In this document: positions 1 through 8,813 of the stretch, in pieces | Position numbering within the stretch: the stretch's first letter is position 1 | How the letters are laid out: every line of letters starts with the position of its first letter | Source of the DNA: Bacteroidales bacterium | Lineage (GTDB): Bacteria > Bacteroidota > Bacteroidia > Bacteroidales > JAADJA01 | Direction of reading: 5' to 3' | Assembly (NCBI GenBank): GCA_020052415.1 | Contig: JAGVPB010000094.1 | Location: 102,881-166,880 of the forward strand | Length of the DNA: 64,000 nucleotides | Position numbers and translations under genes: made by a program | Notes under the pieces: model-generated | Told to the model about the DNA's origin: nothing | What the model saw: only the letters and a program-made list of their open reading frames with translations | Databases searched by the model: none

Positions 1-1566
1 GCTGGGCTATTTCATAAGCCTCCTTTCTTGCAGCTTCAATCTGTTCATTGTTTGCTTTGGTAAAAAAAACAAGTTCTTTGGCAACAGCATCAACTACATC
101 ATTGTAATTATCCTCATTTCGTTCAATTGTTGTTACAGCATGATGTTCAACATTGAAATTATATTTCACCCAAAGGCCAAAGCCTGCAAGAGAAGTTGTT
201 AATGTTGGTATTTTAAATGCAATACTTTCAAGCGGAGTATAGCCCCAGGGTTCGTAATAGGAAGGAAAAACTGTAACATCAAAACCTGTAAGCAACTGGT
301 AATAATCGAAATTAAAAATTCCATCCATACCGTTCAAATAAACCGGAACAAAAACGACTTTTACATTATCACCCGGGCCATTGGAAATGTTATTCTCCCT
401 GATTTTTTTAAGAACCGGATCATGGTTCTTATCATACAGCACATGAGTAAGGTATTCGTTTGACACTGGCAGGTTGAAGTCGGCTTTACCAATATGATCA
501 ATCAGATCTTTTCTTGGCCCTGCATTGCTTCCGGGAACAGTAATAAGAGCTATGACTTGTCGTTTCAGCTTCTTATCCGAATTCAGCTTTCCAAGGGCAT
601 CAATATAAATATCAATGCCTTTATTCCAGAACTCATACCTTCCACTGGTGAGAATGATAAGCGCATTTTCTTCAATTTTTTGATTCAACAGCGATTCCAC
701 TACCAGAATGATTCTGGCTCTTGCTGTTTTTCTTTGCGTTTCAAATTCCCCGGTGTTTGGTAGGAAAACATCTGAGAACCCGTTTGGCGTCACTACATCA
801 GGTTCTTTATTTAGCAAATACTTACATTCGTTGGCAGTAATATCACTCACGGTTGTAAAGCAATCAGCTTCCTTAGCAGAATTATACTCCAGTGAAAATT
901 TTGATGTAATGCCCAATTGCCGTGCAAGTTCAGAGGGATTGTATTTTTCAAGATCACTGTAAAGCCGAAGATTATTGCCTGAAATTGATCTTCCCAAAGT
1001 AGTGGCATGAGTTGTAAATACAGTTGCAACCTGAGGCACTTTATCTTTCAGGTAAAGCACGCCCGCGCCTGTCATCCATTCATGAAAATGGCCGATAATT
1101 TTATCATTGGCTGTTACATAAAAGTTGTAAAAGCTTTCAATTACAATTCCTGCTGCATATCCGAACAGGGCGGGTTCAACATAGTCCCAGCCTCCCGACA
1201 ATGAATCAAGCTTATAAGTTTCCCAGAACTCAGCAAATATCTGATCCTTTATAATAAAAAAAGGCGTAAAGTCAACTAAAACGGCTATAGGTTTGCCGGG
1301 TATATTCCACCTTCCGGTTCTAATTCTTAATCCTTCCTTTTCAGCACTTTCATGCCATGCTTTGAATAATGACTTGTCATCAACAAAATCAGGATTTTCA
1401 ACTGTCTCTTTCCAAACATCGGGACCGATAAAAATATATTTATCATCATACCCGTCAACCATTGACATATATTTTGATGACAGAACCGTATAGATCCCTC
1501 CGACCTTATTACAAACTTCCCAGCTTACTTCGAACAGATATCCCGGCGTTGATAACTCACTAGTCA
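1..1566 (-). CDS. glycogen synthase, GT3 (eukaryote-like) family; C-terminal end lies outside the window
   Basis: Hand translation of the minus strand from ATG (1566-1564) gives MTSELSTPGYLFEVSWEVCNKVGGIYTVLSSK. Later motifs are HFHEWMTGAG, TTHATTLGRS and FPSYYEPWGYTPLES, typical of GT3 glycogen synthases. The frame stays open to position 1, and the ORF is absent from the track because it has no stop in the window. Confidence 0.85.
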
Positions 1567-1619
1567 TTATTATTCAATTTGAGAAAAGATATACTACAAT
1601 AACTTTTAATAAATGTTTG

Positions 1620-1627
1620 CAAATTTA
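1620..1627 (-). promoter_or_regulatory. Bacteroidota -7 promoter element (TAnnTTTG) for the glycogen synthase gene
   Basis: The minus strand reads TAAATTTG about 54 nt upstream of the ATG at 1566, matching the published Bacteroides TAnnTTTG -7 consensus. Confidence 0.3.
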
Positions 1628-1780
1628 AGGGTTAACTTTTACCAAAGTCATCATTATTATTAACAATTTCCCTGACAACGCAACTTAAAACCTTAGTCCT
1701 TCATCTATTATACATAAATCTTTTTGGCCTATAGTCTGACTATACATAGACACTTAAAAATTACATTTAAATCATTTATC

Positions 1781-2092
1781 ATGAAAACTAACAATTTATG
1801 TATTCAAATTCTGTATGTGTTTATATTTCTTTCAAGTCAAACCTCCGCCCAAAATTCAGTATTGTCAGAATGTAATTGGTACAAACTCGCGGTTCAACAG
1901 ACGGGTATTCACCAAATAACATATAGTGACCTCATGAGCTACGGGATCAATCCTTCACAACTTAACCCCAAACACATCAGGCTTTACGGAAATGGTAACG
2001 GAATGTTGCCTGAAGATAATAATTCATTCAGGTATGATGACTTACAGGAGAATGCCATTTTTGTCTATTCACTGAAAACTATGGCTTCATAA
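1781..2092 (+). pseudogene. truncated remnant of a PorU-family / C25 peptidase gene (signal peptide plus ~70 aa homologous segment only)
   Basis: MKTNNLCIQILYVFIFLSSQTSAQ is followed by NWYKLAVQQTGIHQITYSDLMSYGINPSQLNPKHIRLYGNGNGMLPEDNNSFRYDDLQENAIFV. This aligns with residues ~170-240 of both full-length PorU-like ORFs (e.g. IRVYGNGGGMLPENVNEFRYDDLQENSIYV). The ORF stops after 103 aa and its 3' end is overlapped by the convergent gene ending at 2065. Confidence 0.65.
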
Positions 2093-3579
2093 ACATAAAT
2101 TTCAGCATCTTTCCAGCCATCCCAACCAAGGCCAGCCTTGTCTCGGGAACAATGACCTAAAAATTCATTATGATTCCAGCCGGTTTCTGTTGCAACTTGT
2201 GGTAAAAAAGTGCCGCTGCGATTACCCTTTTTAATATAAATGCCGTTTTTGCCAAGTTCGATTTCATTAACAGATTCGATCTTTTTTAAGGGTGTCAGTA
2301 CGGATATTTCTATGATGATTTTCTGTAATTCACTTTTACTCACAGGTACGAAGCGTTTATCCTGAGTTGAAGATGCAATTGCCATTTGCTGCACAACTTC
2401 AAATAATGGTTCTTCCTGGTCGAACCTTCCGATACATCCCCGCAGTTCATCGTTCATTTTCAGGGTAACAAAAGCACCGCATTTTGTTTTTATTGCATCT
2501 GAAAAAGTTTCAGATTTAAGTTGAGCTAAATTATTTTCCGAAATATAGCTTTCAATGGTGATTCGCGCAATATTCAACAGGTCTTTTTTGTCAGTGTCAG
2601 TCAAATAAAAATCCGATTGTTCTTTTAGTTTCTTACTTACAACAATTGAATTATACCCTACCACCCTGTTTGAGTCACCATATTTTGTATCCCCTGAATT
2701 TTGATAAGTGATCAAATCGTACTTTAAATCATCAATATTAGTAGTCAGATATAACAAAGTAAGGATGGAAGTCCAGCCGCAAGCCCTTGTTGCAAGCCCC
2801 GGTACATTATTATTAATGCCGTCGCTAAGTTCTGATAAAAACATATCCGGATCGTTTGTAAGAATACTCTCAGCAGTTTTTTTGTCAATTATAACAGCAT
2901 TTTTATAACCAGGATAATGCGAAAAATCTGAACTGACAACAAATAAATTTGATTCATTAAAGTAGGGTTGTAACGCCACAGCTATTTTATGACAATCTTC
3001 CTGAGATTGGGTTCCGATTACTATTGGCACAATTCGAAATCCATCCTTCAATTTATATTGCAAAAAGGGTAATTGTACTTCAACGGAATGTTCCTGTTTG
3101 AAAGCCTGGGCATTAGAATTGAATATCCTGTTCTCTGAACTTAGTTTTTCTGCGAGTTCAGTATTTACTTTAACTCTTCCCAGGGGAGTAATAAAATCAC
3201 CGGAAGTAAATATTGAAGCTCCTTCAAAATACGAGGTGTGACTTGATGCAATTATAAAGACATTATTATAAAATTTTTCTGTATCAATTTGATTAAACCC
3301 TGAAGCTGCAACCCCTCCGGAATAAATATAACCTGCATGCGGTGAAATAACAGCCAGAACATTTTGGAATTTTCCAGGAACAGCATTCTTATAAAGATTC
3401 GCAAGTATTAGATTAAGTTCTTCTTTATCTGAAGGGTAAAACTGACCGGCAAAATCAGGCTGCTTGTCAAGCGGGTTATGGTTTTGAGCCTTATCATCAG
3501 TTTTATCCTGAGATGAACAACAGTTACAAAATAAAACAAATACAATAAGTAAATTGATGAAATAGTTTTTCTTATTCAT
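2065..3579 (-). CDS. AmmeMemoRadiSam system fusion protein: Memo-like (protein B) N-terminal half plus AMMECR1 (protein A) C-terminal half, with N-terminal signal peptide
   Basis: The Memo-like region carries GQFYPSD and VISPHAGYIYSGGVAASGF. The AMMECR1 region carries CGAFVTLKMNDELRGCIGRF and GTFLPQV. The N-terminus MNKKNYFINLLIVFVLFCNCCSSQ looks like a secretion or lipoprotein signal. Confidence 0.85.
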   Translation of the reverse strand: MNKKNYFINLLIVFVLFCNCCSSQDKTDDKAQNHNPLDKQPDFAGQFYPSDKEELNLILANLYKNAVPGKFQNVLAVISPHAGYIYSGGVAASGFNQIDTEKFYNNVFIIASSHTSYFEGASIFTSGDFITPLGRVKVNTELAEKLSSENRIFNSNAQAFKQEHSVEVQLPFLQYKLKDGFRIVPIVIGTQSQEDCHKIAVALQPYFNESNLFVVSSDFSHYPGYKNAVIIDKKTAESILTNDPDMFLSELSDGINNNVPGLATRACGWTSILTLLYLTTNIDDLKYDLITYQNSGDTKYGDSNRVVGYNSIVVSKKLKEQSDFYLTDTDKKDLLNIARITIESYISENNLAQLKSETFSDAIKTKCGAFVTLKMNDELRGCIGRFDQEEPLFEVVQQMAIASSTQDKRFVPVSKSELQKIIIEISVLTPLKKIESVNEIELGKNGIYIKKGNRSGTFLPQVATETGWNHNEFLGHCSRDKAGLGWDGWKDAEIYVYEAIVFSE

Positions 3580-3617
3580 TTTTATATAAATTTGAAAACC
3601 ATAAACAAATGTAAGGA

Positions 3618-5762
3618 ATGTTTATCAAACCTGCAAATAGAGTAAAATTTTCAATCTTCATCCTGGGATTTACATCAATAATTACCCAAATTATTGTGTT
3701 GAGGGAATTCCTGACTGTATTTAACGGAAATGAATTAATTACCGGGATGATTCTTGCAAATTGGATGCTGTTAACAGGATTGGGAGCCTTATTGGGAAGT
3801 TCATTAAAAAAATATTATATAAATTTCAATGCAATAAGTTACACACATATATTAATCGGGATATTACCTATCATTATTGCATTTTTAATTTATTATTTAA
3901 GAAATATACTTTTCCCGGCTGGTAAAATGATTAATCTTCTTGAAGTATTTTTTACTTCTTTAATTTTACTCGCTCCTTTTTGCATTCTTGCCGGAATATT
4001 ATATACTGTCTTTGCCCATCTCCTTTCATCTATTTTAAAATCGAATGTCATCAATAAAGTATATGCCATTGAAGCATTTGGTAGCATTGCAGGTGGAATT
4101 CTCTTTAATTTTTTACTGATATTTATTTTCAAAACTTTTTTTAGCCTGACACTTCTATTAATAATTAACTTTTCCACAGCAATAATACAGTTTTATATAA
4201 CCGATAAAAAAGCAATAGCTTACGTCACATCCCTCATAACCATTTTATTAACTCTCGTTATCATTACATCTGATTTAGAACGAAAAGCTGTTCAACTCCT
4301 CTATCCCAATCAGGAGCTGATCTATTTTAAAGACACGGCATACGGTAAGATAGTCGTTACAAAAACTGCAAATCAATACAACTTTTATGAAAACGGAAAT
4401 TTTCTATATACCAATAATAATAATATTCAGAATGAGGAGAACGTGCACTATGCTATGTCGCAGCATGCGCATCCTGAAAATGTTTTACTGATTTCAGGTG
4501 GCGCCTCAGGAATGCTGCACGAAATTTTGAAATATAATATAAGTTCCGTAGATTATATTGAGCAGAACAAAAACCTGATTGAAGTTGCTGAACTTTATAC
4601 AAGCAATATTATCCATCAGGATAATATTAACATTATTCATAATGATGCACGACTTTTTTTAAAAAATAAATCTGATAAAAAATATGATGTTGTATTGGTT
4701 AGCCTTCCTGATCCAACTAGTGTTCAAATCAACAGGTATTTCACGCTCGAATTTTTTGAGGAATTGAAAAAACACCTGAATGAATTTGCAATCGTTTCAA
4801 TCAGCCTTTCTTCAGTTTCAAATTATATGGGAGAGCAATCAATAAATATTAACTCATCAATATTCTCAACATTGAAACTTTTTTTCCAGAGTGTTACAAT
4901 AATTCCAGGTGGGAAAAATTATTTTATTGCATCCGACGGTCATCTTTCTACTGCAATAGCAAGCTTGATTGAAGAAAAAAAAATAAAAAACGAATATGTA
5001 AACTACTATTATCTTGAAGACACCCTAATCTCAAAAGAAAGTAAATTAATTGAGGATATTATTTCAGAGGATATTGTTATCAACAATGATTTTAAACCTG
5101 TGGTTTATTATTTTCAGTTGCATTATTGGTTAAGCTATTTTAAAGTTAATTATTTGATATTCTTCGCAATTCTTATAGTTTTTGCAGTTTTGATCATTGT
5201 CAGACTTAATTATCTTAATTTCGGACTTTTCGTTACAGGGTTTACGGCATCATCCCTGGAGCTTATTTTAATCATAGCTTTTCAGGTAATTTATGGATAC
5301 ACATATCAAATGATGGGGATAATCATTACTTTTTTCATGGCTGGTTTAATGTTTGGTTCATTGATTTTGGCCGAAAGAATAAAGGTTAGGATAAAGACCT
5401 ACAGTTTAATTCAATATACCATAGGCATTTTTTCAATATTAGTCACTTTAACTTTACTATTACTCAGGTCAAGTTCATTAAATGTTATTTTAGTTCATTT
5501 CATTTTTATTGTGCTAATTTCGGCTACAGGGATGCTGACCGGTCTGCAATATGCAATTTCATCAAAACTTAGAATTGTTTCTATATCCCAGATAGCAGCA
5601 ACCACTTATGCAACCGACTTATTAGGGTCGGCATTGGGGGCAGTACTCGTTACCTCCTTTATTATTCCTTTTTTTGGAATTATTAAAGTTACTCTTATTA
5701 TTGCCATACTAAATTTCATCACCGGTCTGTTTGTTTTAATAAAGTCAAAAAATAGTAATTGA
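3618..5762 (+). CDS. polytopic membrane protein with central spermidine-synthase-like (class I SAM-fold) domain
   Basis: By eye there are ~7 hydrophobic segments, then a soluble domain with LLISGGASGMLHEILKY and DVVLVSLPDPTS (spermidine synthase-like GGGxG / D..DP motifs), then ~6 more hydrophobic segments. Confidence 0.7.
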   Translation: MFIKPANRVKFSIFILGFTSIITQIIVLREFLTVFNGNELITGMILANWMLLTGLGALLGSSLKKYYINFNAISYTHILIGILPIIIAFLIYYLRNILFPAGKMINLLEVFFTSLILLAPFCILAGILYTVFAHLLSSILKSNVINKVYAIEAFGSIAGGILFNFLLIFIFKTFFSLTLLLIINFSTAIIQFYITDKKAIAYVTSLITILLTLVIITSDLERKAVQLLYPNQELIYFKDTAYGKIVVTKTANQYNFYENGNFLYTNNNNIQNEENVHYAMSQHAHPENVLLISGGASGMLHEILKYNISSVDYIEQNKNLIEVAELYTSNIIHQDNINIIHNDARLFLKNKSDKKYDVVLVSLPDPTSVQINRYFTLEFFEELKKHLNEFAIVSISLSSVSNYMGEQSININSSIFSTLKLFFQSVTIIPGGKNYFIASDGHLSTAIASLIEEKKIKNEYVNYYYLEDTLISKESKLIEDIISEDIVINNDFKPVVYYFQLHYWLSYFKVNYLIFFAILIVFAVLIIVRLNYLNFGLFVTGFTASSLELILIIAFQVIYGYTYQMMGIIITFFMAGLMFGSLILAERIKVRIKTYSLIQYTIGIFSILVTLTLLLLRSSSLNVILVHFIFIVLISATGMLTGLQYAISSKLRIVSISQIAATTYATDLLGSALGAVLVTSFIIPFFGIIKVTLIIAILNFITGLFVLIKSKNSN

Positions 5763-5789
5763 TCCTGAAATCAGGAATTGAAAACCAAC

Positions 5790-6956
5790 ATGGCTCAAAA
5801 ATTAATTAATAAAAGACGGTTTTTAAAAGAAGGCATCCTGGGAGCAGGGGCGTTAAGTTGCGGAATATTCAATATAAACCCGCTTAATGTGAAAGCCGGT
5901 GAATTATTAGGTTTGCAGGACAAGGAATCTGAAGGATTCAAAGAAAGCTGGAAAATAGAATCCAAATTTTATATCAACACTCCTAAGGGATTAAAATGTC
6001 AGCTTTGCCCGAATGAATGTAAAATGCTGCTTAATGAAACCGGCGATTGTAGAACCAAAGTAAATATTGAAAACAGGCTTATTTGCATTGCTTACGGTAA
6101 TCCATGCGCAATTCATATTGATCCAATAGAAAAAAAACCACTTTATCACTTTTATCCAGGATCCAGTGCCTTTTCGATTGCTACTGCAGGATGTAATCTG
6201 GCATGTCTGAATTGTCAAAACTGGGAGATTTCCCAATCCAGTCCTTACTCAACAAGAAATTATGATTTATCACCTGAAAAAGTCGTGGATGAGTGTGCAA
6301 AGAACAATTGTAAATCCATTGCCTATACATATTCTGATCCGGTGGCATTTTATGAATATACACTTGACACTGCAATCATTGCCCGTGAAAAAAATATTAA
6401 AAATGTAATTGTCAGCGCTGGCTATATTAATGAAAAGCCATTAAGAGAATGGTGCAAATATATTGATGGTGCACATATTGATTTGAAATCCTTTTCAAAT
6501 GAAATATATGAAATGCTGAATGCCGGGAAGCTAGAACCCGTTCTGAATACATTAAAAATAATGAAAGAAGAGGGTGTATGGCTCGAAATTATCAATCTGA
6601 TAATTCCCACTTGGACGGATGATCTGGATATGATTAAAAAAATGTGTGATTGGCTCGCTGAAAATGGTTTTGAATCAACACCCCTGCATTTTAGCAGATT
6701 TCAACCTCTTTATAAATTGACCAACTTACCTGCAACCCCGGTTTCTGTTTTAGACAAAGCAAGGGAAATTGCACTTTCCCGGGGAGTAAACTTTGTTTAT
6801 ATTGGTAATGTGCCTGGTACCTTGGCAGAAAATACTTTTTGTCCTGATTGTAAAAAAGTCGTCATTTCAAGGAAAGGCTTCAGAATACTTGAAAACAATT
6901 TAGATGCAGGGAAATGCAAATTCTGCAAAGCCGCAATACAAGGCATTTGGGATTGA
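5790..6956 (+). CDS. AmmeMemoRadiSam system radical SAM enzyme with twin-arginine (Tat)-like leader
   Basis: The CxxxCxxC motif is CNLACLNC. Extra Cys clusters are CQLCPNEC near the N-terminus and CPDC...CKFC near the C-terminus. The N-terminus is MAQKLINKRRFLKEGILGAGALSCGIF. The track begins at the alternative TTG at 5778, but the ATG at 5790 is preferred. Confidence 0.85.
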   Translation: MAQKLINKRRFLKEGILGAGALSCGIFNINPLNVKAGELLGLQDKESEGFKESWKIESKFYINTPKGLKCQLCPNECKMLLNETGDCRTKVNIENRLICIAYGNPCAIHIDPIEKKPLYHFYPGSSAFSIATAGCNLACLNCQNWEISQSSPYSTRNYDLSPEKVVDECAKNNCKSIAYTYSDPVAFYEYTLDTAIIAREKNIKNVIVSAGYINEKPLREWCKYIDGAHIDLKSFSNEIYEMLNAGKLEPVLNTLKIMKEEGVWLEIINLIIPTWTDDLDMIKKMCDWLAENGFESTPLHFSRFQPLYKLTNLPATPVSVLDKAREIALSRGVNFVYIGNVPGTLAENTFCPDCKKVVISRKGFRILENNLDAGKCKFCKAAIQGIWD

Positions 6957-7439
6957 TATAACTTCACCAGAATCGATCCTTTTTTTATTAAATAAACACA
7001 TCAAATAAATTAATGCTTATAGAGTTTAAATTTCCGTTAGAAGTAGTTTTTTAATTCAGATAAATATAACAATTTCACAGGATTTACGTAATAATGCTAT
7101 TAAATTGAGTTAAAAAATCAATAATTTAAGTTTAATAACTTTGATATTCATGTAATTGCTCAGACAGAATAAGAATTAATGTTCACTCCATACCATTTCT
7201 TTTCAGAATTTTCTATTCAGCGAGCAGGAATAGGAACAGAGTTATTGTAACAAGAATGCATTAATCATTTTGATTTTTTTTGAAATTTATAATTTTAGTT
7301 TTGTTGGAAAAAATTAAGTTTGTACACTCGCTTTTATTGTTTCTTATAACATTGATCAAATTATGGAATCTTAAATTGGAATTGCAACAAACTAAATTTC
7401 ATACTGTTATGAAATTTTATAAAAAATTTTTACAGAACA

Positions 7440-7470
7440 GGGTTACCTTTTATTGATTTACAGAATTAAC
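7440..7470 (+). promoter_or_regulatory. conserved motif GGGTTACC-N-CAGAATTAAC upstream of the sigma factor gene (candidate ECF-type promoter)
   Basis: GGGTTACCTTTTATTGATTTACAGAATTAAC ends 9 nt before the GTG start at 7480. It is 25/31 identical (ungapped, hand count) to 12864-12894. Confidence 0.5.
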
Positions 7471-7479
7471 TATTGAAAA

Positions 7480-8052
7480 GTGCAGGAATTTAAGGCAGAA
7501 GAAATATTAGAAGGCCTTCAGAATAGAGACACTGACGTTCTGGATTATATCTACAGAAACTTTTTCAATCAGATAAAAGTTTTTATTGTCCAAAATGATG
7601 GTACTGATGAAGATGCAAAGGATATATACCAGGATGCGATTTTAGTGATTTATCAAAAGACCCGAAAGGAAAACCTGATACTTAGTTGTTCTTTTAATAC
7701 TTATTTATATTCAGTTTGCAGATTACTGTGGCTAAAACAACTCGAATACAGGAAATTAAATAAAACTATAATTGAAGAATCTGCAAAGTTTATTGAATTG
7801 GATGACGATGTAGCTAACGTTTACAGGACAAATGAGCGATATATGTTATATCAGGATCATTTTAAAAGGCTTAGTTATAGTTGTCAGAAAATTTTAGAAC
7901 TTTTTCTTGCAAGAATTCAATTAAAAGAAATTGCAAGGATTCTAAGACTTAAAAGTGATGATTACGTGAAAAAGAGAAAACATCAATGCAAAGAAAAATT
8001 AATTGCAAGCATTAAAAATGACCCAAGGTTTAAAGAAATAATGAAACAATAA
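7480..8052 (+). CDS. RNA polymerase sigma factor, sigma-70 family, ECF-like (regions 2 and 4)
   Basis: The region-2-like segment is DAKDIYQDAILVIYQK...FNTYLYSVCRLLWLKQ. The region-4 HTH-like segment is LKEIARILRLKSDDYVKKRKHQCKEKL. The start is GTG, with an in-frame TGA two codons upstream. Confidence 0.75.
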   Translation: MQEFKAEEILEGLQNRDTDVLDYIYRNFFNQIKVFIVQNDGTDEDAKDIYQDAILVIYQKTRKENLILSCSFNTYLYSVCRLLWLKQLEYRKLNKTIIEESAKFIELDDDVANVYRTNERYMLYQDHFKRLSYSCQKILELFLARIQLKEIARILRLKSDDYVKKRKHQCKEKLIASIKNDPRFKEIMKQ

Positions 8053-8072
8053 AATTCTAAATTATCTTAAAA

Positions 8073-8813
8073 ATGAATAAATCCTATAATCAAATCGAAG
8101 ATTTTCTTGATGGCAATTTAATTGGAAAGGAATTAAGTATATTTATCAGCCAGAAAGAATTGGATAAGGAACTTGCAAAGGAAATTGAGCTTAGGTTCGA
8201 AGTAAATGAATTAATAAAGGATAATGGATTTTTCGAATTGAGAGAAAAACTCGAACTTCAGAGAAATGAATCCTATGTAAATAGTTCAATTATTAAGTTC
8301 AGAAAAGATTTATTTAAAACGTGGCATTTTGCCGCTGCTTCTTTTGCTCTTATCCTTGTTGTAGGCGGATTATGGTATATTTTATCGAACAAGCCCTATT
8401 CCACTGAAAAATTAGTTAGTAAATATTATAAACCTGCTCACCCTTTATTACAGGTTAGGTCAGCTGAAATTAAAAGTGATGATGCCCTTGCCACGGCATT
8501 CAAATATTATAAGGACAATGATTTCAACAGCGCTCTTAAATATTTTAATTCATTAGAAAATCAAATGACTGCAAAGTTTTATTCAGGAGTATGTTTTATT
8601 GAATTAGAACAATATGATGATGCTATTGAATCGTTCACAGCAGTAATTAATGACAATGACAATTTATTTGTAGAACAGGCAAACTGGTATTTAGGACTTA
8701 TCTATTTAATGGACAATCAAAAAAATAAGGCCATTGAACAGTTTGAAAAGATTTCTAAGGACGAAAATTACTATACTTCCCAGGCAAAAGAAATATTAAA
8801 ATATCTCAACTAA
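8073..8813 (+). CDS. anti-sigma-like single-pass membrane protein with extracytoplasmic TPR domain
   Basis: It lies 20 nt downstream of the sigma gene. The N-terminus IEDFLDGNL resembles anti-sigma N-termini. There is one TM segment (WHFAAASFALILVVGGLWYIL) and C-terminal TPR-like repeats (AFKYYKDNDFNSALKYF, AKFYSGVCFIELEQYDDAIESF, ANWYLGLIYLMDNQKNKAIEQF). Confidence 0.6.
   Translation: MNKSYNQIEDFLDGNLIGKELSIFISQKELDKELAKEIELRFEVNELIKDNGFFELREKLELQRNESYVNSSIIKFRKDLFKTWHFAAASFALILVVGGLWYILSNKPYSTEKLVSKYYKPAHPLLQVRSAEIKSDDALATAFKYYKDNDFNSALKYFNSLENQMTAKFYSGVCFIELEQYDDAIESFTAVINDNDNLFVEQANWYLGLIYLMDNQKNKAIEQFEKISKDENYYTSQAKEILKYLN

Noticed and set aside
494-1204. Several 60-89 aa plus-strand ORFs at the left end of the window
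   Set aside because: All lie antisense to the continuous minus-strand glycogen synthase reading frame (1-1566), which carries strong family motifs.
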